Positions 28,212 through 39,100 of a stretch of 51,009 bases of DNA are shown here, piece by piece; position 1 is the first letter of the stretch, and each line of letters opens with the position of its first letter. The notes beneath the pieces were generated by a model. It was given only the letters and a program-made list of their open reading frames with translations, searched no databases and had not been told where the DNA came from. The translations under genes and the position numbers were made by a program. The stretch is taken from NCBI GenBank assembly GCA_964632315.1, contig CAZWEM010000034.1, forward strand, positions 1 to 51,009, read 5' to 3'. This DNA comes from an uncultured archaeon. GTDB taxonomy: Archaea > Asgardarchaeota > Lokiarchaeia > Sigyniarchaeales > SOKP01.

Positions 28212-29036
28212 TTAATATTCAATCTCTTTTCCACAGCGAGGACAATACTTTTCTACTCGTTTGAGTTTGTAACCACACCAAGCACAATATGAAACTACAT
28301 CTCTATTACTTAAAGATTCATATCTATACTTAAGTTTAGGGATCTCTTCGGTATGGTTTTTGAAATGACTCCTTGATACACTAAGTATTATTATAATAAT
28401 CCCCATAAATATCGACATAATAATAAACATCAACACAATTGGATTAAATAGATATGGTAATCCATCATCACTCGATGTGGGATTATCATCTGGAGGTTCT
28501 GATGTTGTCGAGTCAGAGGAAGGATAGAACTCAAGCTGATAAGATACTTTAATTGTTGTTTGATTGGGCTCAAGATTGACGAATACTAAATACATTGGAG
28601 ATCCCGTCTTGAAATAATAGCCCATACAATAATGAGCTGTATCGAAGTATACTAGATTTTTGAAGGGATATACCTTTAGGATTTGTTCAAGATTACCCGT
28701 GCGATTATAATAATCTCTAAGAAGATCGTAATTATTACCGGACATGACCCGATATAAAATATCAACGTATTTACTATTGTTACTTAAATCATAAGATTTA
28801 AAATTAAATTTAAGATTCATGTTCTTGACACCTCCTACTCCAAAATATTCATTATAACTTAGTTGGACTGTCCCGCTCTTGGAAGATGAAGAACCACTAG
28901 TGTTTAATTGAGATCTATTATTTTTGGTATCAAAAGAGGAGAAATTTATAAAATAAAATGAGAAAGGTATTAAGAATCCTAAGAAAACTATAATTAGAAA
29001 TGATCTCCTTAATGCTTTCTTCATTTTTAAACCCAT
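28212..29036 (-). CDS. Membrane protein: extracellular beta-rich domain, TM, cytoplasmic zinc ribbon
   Basis: N-terminal signal anchor, S/T/P/D linker, TM helix, C-terminal CAWCG...YCPRCG. Confidence 0.75.
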   Translation of the reverse strand: MGLKMKKALRRSFLIIVFLGFLIPFSFYFINFSSFDTKNNRSQLNTSGSSSSKSGTVQLSYNEYFGVGGVKNMNLKFNFKSYDLSNNSKYVDILYRVMSGNNYDLLRDYYNRTGNLEQILKVYPFKNLVYFDTAHYCMGYYFKTGSPMYLVFVNLEPNQTTIKVSYQLEFYPSSDSTTSEPPDDNPTSSDDGLPYLFNPIVLMFIIMSIFMGIIIIILSVSRSHFKNHTEEIPKLKYRYESLSNRDVVSYCAWCGYKLKRVEKYCPRCGKEIEY

Positions 29037-29180
29037 ATGATAGTTGTTACTGAATTGATTCTTATGATTTGCTCCAAAAGATCATAGATAAGAAACTATA
29101 AAAATATTTGTTCTAAAAGTTTGTATAAAACTAAAAAAAATCATAAAAAGGAGAGTTTTCATTTTGGGGAATCAAGATAA

Positions 29181-29846
29181 CTAAGCTTCGACCGATATTT
29201 CACTTGATTCCGAAAAAGGTAGTTTCACCATTAGTTTGGTAGCGACCAAAGTAAGGCGATGCCCCAAGTGTCTCGCTAAGTTCAATTCATTCTCACTGGG
29301 CTTCCTTTCACCATTTTTACCTGCAATAGTTGAAGCTCCATAGGGAGAACCACCTGTAATCTGATCCATTCTCCTTTGCTCATCAAAAGAGTAAGGTAAT
29401 CCAACAAAAATCAAACCGTGGTGCAATAATGTGATTAAAGTCGTAATAATGGTAGTTTCTTGACCACCGTGTTGAGTTGCTGTACTTGTAAATACTGAAA
29501 CTGGTTTTCCAATGAGAGTACCCTTCATCCAATCTCCGCCAGTTTGATCCCAAAAATTTCTCATTTGCGCTGTCATATTTCCATATCGTGTAGGAGTTCC
29601 TACAATTATTCCATCAATGCCCTCTAAATCATTACGAGGATCCGCAATTGGCACCTCTTTCATGAGATTTTTAGCCTTTCTTACATTTTCATCCCAATAT
29701 TTTTCTGGCATGAGTTCTTCAACTGTCTTTATAATTGGTATTCCTCCTGCTTCTCTTACACCTTCTGCTACAGCTTTAGCCATTGTAAAGATATGTCCGT
29801 ACATGGAATAAAATAGAATCAGAATTTTCGGATGTGCTCTGCTTAT
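29181..29846 (-). CDS. wrbA: NAD(P)H:quinone oxidoreductase WrbA (flavodoxin-like)
   Basis: YSMYGH, GTPTRYGNM, FTSTATQHGGQE, GGSPYGAS. The ORF-track GTG at 29855 lies inside the GAGGTGA RBS; ATA 29846 proposed as start. Confidence 0.93.
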   Translation of the reverse strand: MSRAHPKILILFYSMYGHIFTMAKAVAEGVREAGGIPIIKTVEELMPEKYWDENVRKAKNLMKEVPIADPRNDLEGIDGIIVGTPTRYGNMTAQMRNFWDQTGGDWMKGTLIGKPVSVFTSTATQHGGQETTIITTLITLLHHGLIFVGLPYSFDEQRRMDQITGGSPYGASTIAGKNGERKPSENELNLARHLGHRLTLVATKLMVKLPFSESSEISVEA

Positions 29847-30095
29847 AAAAATCACCTCTTCATTTACTATATATTATTAATAATTAATCTGAGATTACTC
29901 ATTTCTTAAGAAGTTTAATTTCCCTTGAACAATTTCTTATTAAAAAATCAGTAATCGTCTCGTTTCACTATATCTAGGTGAAATTACTAATATATACCTC
30001 GTTATTATAGTTAAAATTCGTTTTCAAAGTTTTGCTTAATTTCAATATGCTTTTATTCGATAAAAAAGCAACCTAATCTCCCTTTTTCCAAGTCT

Positions 30096-30977
30096 TTATG
30101 TGTTTAAAGGCCATTCATGCAATGATTTAATTAAATTCATAATTGATAAATCTCCATTAGTTAACTTTCCTATTGCTGTTTCTCTACCAAAAGTCTTTCT
30201 AAGGATCTTCTTTAAAATTTTTGGTTGATCATATCCTTCCTCAGAAAATTTTAAATAGAGACCATGTACTCTTACATGAAGTTCTTGTATCTCTTCAATT
30301 TTTTGTTCTATAATCTCTCGCCCATAAACACCATGTCCGCTGATAAATACTTTAAGATCGCTGAATTTTTTAGTATATTCAAGCAAATTTTTCATGGACT
30401 TTATAATTTCAGAAAGATTTTCTTGAATATCGCTATTATGACCAAATAACATCTTATATCGCGGTTGAATGGCATCAGATACAAAAGCCCATTGTTGGGA
30501 TTTTTCTACTAATGCGATGAGTTCAGGGGCATGACCTGGCATTGGAAATATCTCAAATGTGAATTTATGAACAGAAGATTTTAAATGATTTGGTACTTCT
30601 TTGGCAATAACTGGTTTTCTTTTCTCACCCCATGCTAGTTGGCGATATTGAGGATAATTTGATTCATTTTTTAGAATGGGAATTGCTTCTTTATGGGCAT
30701 AGATAGGAATATTGAATTCTGAATTAAGCAAATGAGCCCCTCCGGAATGGTCTTCGTGAGAATGAGTTATTATGCATTGTATTATTCTTTGCTGTTTAAA
30801 TAGTGATTTTATGAAGGCTTTTAAGTCATTCACGCTTGCGGGAGCTCCAGAATCAATTAAAATTCCATCAACAAAATAACAAGATGTGAAAAATGGACTT
30901 GGGATTAATTTATTGTCAGAAGCCCATTTCCATTCTAAAATCTTCCCATCTTCATACGTATTTAATTGAATTACCAA
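30096..30977 (-). CDS. Metallo-beta-lactamase fold hydrolase
   Basis: LIDSG, THSHEDHSGG, PGH, SD, SGHG. GGGAGG RBS precedes TTG. Confidence 0.9.
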   Translation of the reverse strand: MVIQLNTYEDGKILEWKWASDNKLIPSPFFTSCYFVDGILIDSGAPASVNDLKAFIKSLFKQQRIIQCIITHSHEDHSGGAHLLNSEFNIPIYAHKEAIPILKNESNYPQYRQLAWGEKRKPVIAKEVPNHLKSSVHKFTFEIFPMPGHAPELIALVEKSQQWAFVSDAIQPRYKMLFGHNSDIQENLSEIIKSMKNLLEYTKKFSDLKVFISGHGVYGREIIEQKIEEIQELHVRVHGLYLKFSEEGYDQPKILKKILRKTFGRETAIGKLTNGDLSIMNLIKSLHEWPLNT

Positions 30978-31018
30978 AAAATAACCTCCCGACTACATAT
31001 ATGAAAAAACATTAGATA

Positions 31019-32968
31019 CTATCTTTTTGGAATTTCAAGATATTCAGGTAAAGAAGGGAAATTCTCAAGCTTTAAATGAGGAAAGTACATGGCCTCTGCG
31101 TATTCCCTTTGAAAGTTCTCTTGAACGGCGATTTCTACATATTTAATTTTCTTTAACAACTCTTGCGTCTTCTGTCGTAACTTTGTATTTATCAAGCAAT
31201 GTTGTGCACCCATACCTGCGGCATTTCCAATTTGATAGATTTTTTCATCAGAGATATCAGGAATCATCCCAATGAATTTTGCATTCTTTTTATCAATGTA
31301 ATTGCCAAATGCTCCTGCTAAAAAAATTTGATGGATTTTATGATGTTTTTCTCTCGTGCGATTTAAAAAATTAAGGATTAAATTCGTTCCCGAATAAAAC
31401 GCTCCTTTTGCCATTTGAATTTCTCTAATATCTTTTTGCGATATGACTATGGGTTTTCCAGAAGCTGTATCTTCTTTGGGGGCTAATATGAATTGAAAAT
31501 TTTTCTCTTTTTGTATAAATCTTTCATGGTCTATAAATTCCTTGTTGAAACGTCCACTTCGAGTAATAATCTTAGACCGTAGCATTTCGGCAACAGCATC
31601 AATCAAACCAGAACCGCAGATTCCCATTGGCTTTTTATCGTTAATTGTTGTATACTCAACATAAAAGGTATCGGGATCTATTTTCACAGAGTCAATTGCT
31701 CCTGCTGCTGCTCGCATTCCATTTGAGATATGAGCCCCTTCTAAAGCAGACCCTGCAGCACAAGAACCTGTTATTAATACATCTCTATTTCCAATAATGA
31801 TTTCACCATTAGTTCCTATATCTATGGCAAGTGTTAATTCTTTTTCTTTATCAATTTCAGAAGAAAGAATTACTCCTACCGTATCTGCTCCAACAAAGCC
31901 CGCTATCAAGGGTAGTACATAAGTGTTACCGTTTCGAGCCATATTTAACCCTAAGGAGTGAGAATCAAAATTTAGTCCCGTTTGAATAGCTGGAACATAT
32001 GGACTTAAACCAATATAGCTTGGATTGATTCCTAAAAAAAGATGATGCATGACAGAATTACCAACGATGGTAGCTTCATAGATATTTGAAATTGAAACTT
32101 TTGTTTCTTTACTGGTTTTTTCAATTATTTTGTTTAGTGCATCAATTACTAATTTGTTTAAAGTTTCTAGTCCCTTGGGGGTGTCTCTTGCATAAGTGAT
32201 CCTGGTGACAACATCCTCTCCAAAAGCAGTTTGGGGGTTGAGTGTTGAAGAAACAGAATAAGTTTTACCATCATTAAGATTCATTAAATACCCCACTATG
32301 GTTGTTGTTCCTATATCAAAGGCAATTCCATAGTTATCTTGAGAAGTATCACCCGATTCAATATCAATAATCGTTTCTTTTTCTTTAAAAGTCAAAGTTA
32401 AATCATGATCCTTATGCCTAAGAATATCGGGTAATCTCTTTAGGGCATCATATTCAATCTGTATTGGTGTTCTTCCCATTGGTTGATAAGATCTCAATAT
32501 TCTTTCAAAATCGGGTACAGGATCATTCAATGAAGGTTTTTTTACATTTACATAGAACTTTTTTATGTTAGGAAGAAGCTTTATTCTTTTTTCTACTCCC
32601 GAGGTTAGTATCTTGAAATCTTCAATTAGAATCTCGTCTGGCAAAAAGATTCGAATTTCTAAGGGTTTATTATTCGATTTTTCAATTTTTTTTGGATCTA
32701 ATTTTACTTGGCAAGCTAATCTCCAACCATCTTCTATTTCAGTTTTAGTTAACTTTTCCAACTCCGAGTTTGATGGATTATTGAGATGCTGGGATCCTTT
32801 TTGAATTAAAACCTTACATTTTCCACACGTTCCTTTTCCCCCACATAGAGAGCTAATTCTCACTCCTGCGTGAGAGAGTGCGTCATAAATTGATAAATCA
32901 TCTGCATATAAGATCCTTCTGGAGATTGGTTCGAAATCTAAAATTATATTCCTATTATTTTGAGTCAT
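31019..32968 (-). CDS. RACo/ASKHA-type ATP-dependent reductive activator of corrinoid proteins (DUF4445) with N-terminal [2Fe-2S] domain
   Basis: CGGKGTCGKC...RLACQ; DIGTTT; FGEDV.TR; GFVGAD; DIGTNGE; CAAG.ALEG; GICGSG; LAGAFG; GNAA..GA. Confidence 0.93.
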   Translation of the reverse strand: MTQNNRNIILDFEPISRRILYADDLSIYDALSHAGVRISSLCGGKGTCGKCKVLIQKGSQHLNNPSNSELEKLTKTEIEDGWRLACQVKLDPKKIEKSNNKPLEIRIFLPDEILIEDFKILTSGVEKRIKLLPNIKKFYVNVKKPSLNDPVPDFERILRSYQPMGRTPIQIEYDALKRLPDILRHKDHDLTLTFKEKETIIDIESGDTSQDNYGIAFDIGTTTIVGYLMNLNDGKTYSVSSTLNPQTAFGEDVVTRITYARDTPKGLETLNKLVIDALNKIIEKTSKETKVSISNIYEATIVGNSVMHHLFLGINPSYIGLSPYVPAIQTGLNFDSHSLGLNMARNGNTYVLPLIAGFVGADTVGVILSSEIDKEKELTLAIDIGTNGEIIIGNRDVLITGSCAAGSALEGAHISNGMRAAAGAIDSVKIDPDTFYVEYTTINDKKPMGICGSGLIDAVAEMLRSKIITRSGRFNKEFIDHERFIQKEKNFQFILAPKEDTASGKPIVISQKDIREIQMAKGAFYSGTNLILNFLNRTREKHHKIHQIFLAGAFGNYIDKKNAKFIGMIPDISDEKIYQIGNAAGMGAQHCLINTKLRQKTQELLKKIKYVEIAVQENFQREYAEAMYFPHLKLENFPSLPEYLEIPKR

Positions 32969-33140
32969 GAGCTTGAAATCCGGAGATCTATTTTTTTAAA
33001 AAAGATTTGAAATGAGATACTGTTTAATTTTTAAAAAATATTATTAATCTATAAAATTTTCTTAATAAAATAGAAAGAGCATTTTTTAGAATGCAATATC
33101 TTCTATTATTATAAGAATAATCCAATTGGTTAATAAAATC

Positions 33141-36100
33141 ATGGAAAGAAATGAAAGTACAGCTCAAGAGGCTTTGAAATATTTAGATAATGCCCAAATA
33201 TTAGAAGAAAACGGGAAGCTAGAAGAAGCAATCGAAAATTACTTAACAGCTGCTGATTTTTTGAAAAAAAGTGGTTTCGCGGTTACAAGAGTAAATGATA
33301 TTTACGAGAGGGTTCAAGAATTAAAAGATTTTATTAGTAAGGAAAAAACATTAAGGCAAGCTCAGCTTGGTGCTCAATTAGAACAATTGCAAGAAAGAGC
33401 ATTTTCACTTTTAGACGCTGCTAATAAATTTGAAATTAGAGGTCAACTCAACGAAGCTATTGGGCAATATAATTCTGCCATTAATTTACTAGTTAACGCT
33501 GGATGGTCTGATATGCAATTAGAGAATTTGAGAGAAAAGGTGAATTCTCTTACTCTAAAACATGCTAAGAGCCAACAACAAAGCACCCAAAACATTGAAG
33601 GGGCGGAAACACAATTATCTCAGGCCCAAGTTGTTGGAGCATTTGGTAAGAAAAAAGACGCTGTAAAGGCTGAGGAACTACGTAAATTTTCAGAAGCTAA
33701 AGCCAAAGAAGAGAAAATCCAAAGTGATGCTTTCATTTACATTGATAACGCAAAATTTTATGAGCAAGATAGAAAATATGATAAAGCTATCGAGGCTTAT
33801 AAAAATGCAATTAATTTATTAAATTCTATAGGATGGCATAGTCAAACAAGTCAACTAGAATCAATTGTAGCCAAATTGGAAATAGATAAACGGAATTATG
33901 ATTCATTCAAGGAATCAAAGAAAGTTCGTAGTGGTGGAATTGAATATATTGAAGACTCTACTACAGAAAAAGAGAAAGAATTTCAAAAATCAGTAAAAAT
34001 TATTGAAGAACAGAAGGTAAATGAAGAGAAAATTCAATCGGAGGCTTTCAACCTTATTGATGAAGGGAAAAGCATGGAAAAAGAGCAAAATTATGATGAA
34101 GCTTTGAAGAAGTTCAGCGCAGCAATAAATTTATTTAATTCGATTGGATGGGATTCTTACATCCAGCCTGTAAGAAATTTAATCAAAGATATTAATGAAA
34201 AAGTTGCTCAAGAAGATAAGTTCAGAACTTTGAAGGAAAAGAGAGAAGTTGAATTAAAAAAAGTACAAGATTCCATTTATTTAAAAGAACAAGACGAAGT
34301 TCACAAAGAAACGAAAGAAATGGAAGAAAAACGAAAACTATTTGAGAAGAAAAGGGAACATGATTTACAAAAGGAAAAGGAACTTTTAGAGTTAATCGAA
34401 GAAGCAGATAAAATCGTCAAAAATGAGGATTTTGATGGAGCTATCACTAAATATCGGGAAGCTTTAAATCTAATAGGAAACTTGGGGCCTGGTTGGGAAT
34501 CATATAAAAATATGATTAACACAACCATCGATAACATAAAGAACCTTAAAGAAAAAAAATTATCTAGGGAAATCGAAACACAAAAGAAATTGGAGGAGCA
34601 AAATAAGCGAGACATGGAATTTCAAAAGCAAATGAATGAATTACTTAATCGAGAGCGTTCTCGCTTGAAAAAGGAAGAAGTTTCCATGCAAGCAAAAGAA
34701 GAATTATTCAAAAAAAGAGAACAAGGTAAAAAAGAGGCTTTTGAAATTTTGGAAAAAGCCCAAAATTATGTCAAATCTGGAGATCTAGATAATGCAATCC
34801 TCTCTTACCAAAAAGTAGCAAATAAATTTGCTGAAATACAATGGACTGATGAAATTCCAGTCATTGAAAATTCAATTCAAGAACTTCAAAAGAAAAAGGA
34901 AGAAAAAAAAGAATTAAAAAAAAGAGAGATGGAACGATCTATCCAGAAGATGAAAGAAGAGCAGGAATTTCAAGTACAAATTTTCAAGCAACTTAAATTA
35001 GAACGCAATAAGATTAAAGAAAAAGAGATTTCCATAAAAATAAAGGAGGAAGAAAAAAGTCATCAAGAACAACGGAAAAAAGGATTGTTTAGCATATTGG
35101 AACAAGCACAAGATCTTTTAATCCAAGGCGATTTTGATGATGCTATCAACAAGTATAATGAAGTCGTAAAAGTAATGGCAGAAATGCAATGGCATGACGA
35201 AATTGCACTGATACAAAATTCGATCTTAGATATCGAGAGAAAAAAGCGTGATTCACAATTACAAAAAGAAAAAGAATTAAGACAGAAAATCAAGAGAGAA
35301 CAAGAAGAACAAGAGTTTCAGAACCAAATAATTGACCAAATGCGTATACATCAAGAAAACTTAAAACAAAAGCAAATAGTAATTCGAGAAAGAGAAAAGG
35401 AGTTAGCGCACAGAGAAAAAATGAAGGGAAAAGCATTTGAATTATTGAATAAAGCTCAAGATTATTTGGCTATTACAAAATTTGATGAGGCCATTGATTT
35501 ATATCGAGATATAGCAAAAATATTTGCCCAAATTCAGTGGAAGGAGGAAATAGCATTAATTCAGCAATCAATTCAAGAGATTGAAAGAAAAAAAGTAGAA
35601 AAAGAAGAATGGAAACAAAAAACCATGCAGGATACCATAAAAAGAGAAAATGCTTACAAAGAATTTATCGATCAGATAAAACATCAAAGAGAAATTGAAC
35701 AAATTAGAATAGAAAAAGAGCTTGAATTGGTTGAGAAAAAGAAACTCCTTGATGCTGATAGTATTAAGAGACAAGATAATGCACTTAAATTGATTGAAGA
35801 AGCAGATGAGTTAATTCAACAAGAGAATTACAATCTTGCAATAATTAATTATGAAAATGCAGTGAAAATCCTAGAGGAGATTGGTTGGACAGGAGGGTAT
35901 TTGAATTTGTTACAAGAGACATTAGACACTATTAGTGCGAGGCAAAGAGAAAAGTTAGCTGAAAAGCAAAAGCAAGAAAAAATCTTAAAAGAAAAGCAAA
36001 AATCAGAAGAAGCCTTCCAAAAGAAATTGAGAGCAACAATGGAAGCAGAACAAAAACGCTTGCGATCAAAAGTAATTGAAATTCAAAAAAAGGAAGAAGT

Positions 36101-39100
36101 AAAGGTTCACGCAGAAAATCAAAAAGAAAAAGCGTTTAATTTATTAGAGGATGCTGAAAGATTACTAAATCAAAGAAATTATGAGGATTCAATAAAGCTG
36201 TATAGAGAATCGGAAATTATTTTAGCTGAAATTGAATACCCTACGGATATAATTAGAGAAATGATCCGCAAAATAGAGGTTCGAAGAAAAGAGGAAGAAC
36301 TTGCAAAAATTAAAGAGTCGGAGAAAGCCATTTTAGAGGAGAAAGAAGAAGCTGAGTTTCAAGAAAAAATTCAAAAGGTAATGCAGGAAGAGACTAAAAA
36401 ACTTCGAGATAAGCAGATAAAATTAGAAGAACAAGAAAAGCGCAAAAAATTATTAGAAGAAAGAAAGCAAGAGGCTTTTGAAATTTTAAATAAAGCAGAA
36501 GAAGAAGTCAGTATAAAAGCATACGAAAAAGCCCTTGCTTTGTATCGTAAAGCAGAGTTGATTTTAAATGAGATTCGATTTCCAACAGATTTATTAAAAG
36601 ATACAATTCGAAAGTTACAAATTAAAAAGAGCGATGAAGATCTTCTTAAGCAACAACAACTTGAACGTCAGATTGAAAAACAAAAAGAGGAAACAATTTT
36701 CCAAAATAAGATCTCGGATGGAATAAGAAGGGAAAAGAAGAGATTACGAGAAAAAGCAATGCTTTTAGAGAAAAAAGAGGAAATGACGAAAATTCATGAA
36801 AAATTACAAAATGAAGCTTTTAAGTTATTAGATTTAGCTCAAGAGATGACAGTTACGAGTGATTTAGAAGGTGCAATAAACAATTATAAGAAAGTAATGT
36901 CAATTTTTGAAGATATCGGTTGGAAGGATGAAATTCCCTTATTGAAAGAATCGATCCAAGTCTTAAGAATGAAACAAAATGAACAACAGACCTCTCAACA
37001 AAGTCAATTAGAGCAAAACCTGAAAATAGAAAAAGAAAACTCTGAATTTAACAGGATAATAGCTGAGCAGTCTCAACTTGAAAGAGAAAGATTATTAAAA
37101 CAACAAATTGAGTTAAGAGAAAGAGAAGAGGAGTTACAATTCCGAGAAAAAAGAAAAAATGAAGCCTTTATTAAAATTGATGAAGCTAATGAACTGGTTG
37201 AACTGGGCAAGTTTGAAGAAGCAAAGAGATTATATCTTGAGGTAGAAGATATCTTTGCAGAAATCCAATGGATAGATGAAATAGATATGATTCATAATTC
37301 AATAATAGAGATTGAGAAGAGAAAATGGGATAATCTTGTCAAAAAGCAAAAAGAATTGCAAGAGGATTTATATTTTGAGAAACTTGTACAAGATTTTCAA
37401 AACCAAATAGCACAAGAAACTCAAATTGAACAAGAAAAAATTAGAGAGAAAGAAGTAACGCTAAGGGAAAGAAAAGCAGAACTCAAATTGAGAGAAAATG
37501 AAAGAATTAAAGCATTTGAACTGCTTGATAAAGCAAGCAATTTGGTTGAATTGAAGAATTATGAAGAAGCTATAAGTATATATCGTGATGTTTCGCTAAA
37601 GTTTGCTCGAATCGGTTGGACTGAAGAAATTTCCGTAATAAATCAAGCAATTTATGATGTAGAGAAGAAGAGGACCGAAGCTGAATTGCTAAAACAAAGA
37701 GAGATCACAGAATCAGGTAAAAAAGAGAGAGAACGCTTACAGTTCATTAATAAGATTAAAATCGAAAGGGAGAAAGAAAAAGAAAAACTGAAGGAACAGA
37801 GAGAAAGAGTTGAAAAATTAGCAAAGCTTAAGGAATTAGGGAGTAAAAAACAAGAAATAGCATTTAAAAAGATAGAAGATGCAGATGATCTTATAAGACG
37901 TGAAGATTTTAATGAAGCAATTCAACTATATGGTCAAGCTCGTGATATCTTAAGTGAGATTGGCTGGACAGGCAGTTATATAAACCTGATCAATGAGAGC
38001 ATTGAATTTTCAAAGCTAAAAGTAATAGAAGTAGAACGTAGAAAAGAAAAAGAGAAAGCTTTAATCCAGAAACAAGCAGAAGAGCAAAAGATTTTTGAAG
38101 AAAGGTTAAAAAAGCAAGCAGTGGATGAACAAGAGAGATTGAAAAAGAAACGATTTGAAATTCAAAAAAGAGAAACGTTCACTAAATTATTGGAACAAAG
38201 AAAAGAAGAAGCTTTTAAAATAATGACACAAGCAGAATCTTTGTTGGAACAAGGATTATATGAAGAGTCATTAGGAAAATATAATGATGCTGAATTGATC
38301 CTCAGCGAAATTAATTTTCCAACAGATGCTGTACAAGAAATGGTTCAAAAAATTCGATCTAAAATTCAAGAACGAATCTTAAATGAACAAAGGGATTTGG
38401 AACTAAAAATACGAAAGGAAGAAGAAGATAAGAAATTCCTTAAGAAAGTATCAGAAGAAACACACAGAAAGGAGGAGGAGCTAAGGAAAAAGAAAGTTCA
38501 ATTAAAGAAACAAGAAGAACTTAGAGATTATATGGAAAAAAGAAAAACTGAAGCTTTTGATTTGTTAGATAACGCAGAAAGTTTAGTGAAAGAAAATGCA
38601 TATGATAGAGCTCTAGAATATTATAATAGGGCAGAAGTGATATTAAATGAAATCCAATTTCCAACTAATACTATCCGTGGTATGAGAGAAAAAGTAGCAT
38701 TTATGCAAAAGAAGAAACAGACCGCAGTATATAATGATCTCCAAACAAGGTTACGAAAGTCTCATGAAGAAAAAGAATTCCAACAGAAACTAGCAGAAGA
38801 AACCCTCAGAGAAAAACAAAGACTTGAAAATAAGAAGATCGAAGTCAGAGAAAAAGCATTTAAACAAGCAGAAATCGAAAAGCAAAAAGAAAGGGCATTT
38901 TCACTTTTAGATGATGCTAAATCCCTAATAGAAAAAGAAGATTTTGATGAAGCAATTGAGTTATATCGTAAAGCCATGCTTATTTTAAATGAGGTTCAAT
39001 TTCCTACAGGAGCTTTAGATGATATGATTAGAAAAATAATGCTGAAGAAAAAAGAGAAGGAAGAAATGGAAGAACTCGAATATCAACGTAAAGTTGATGC

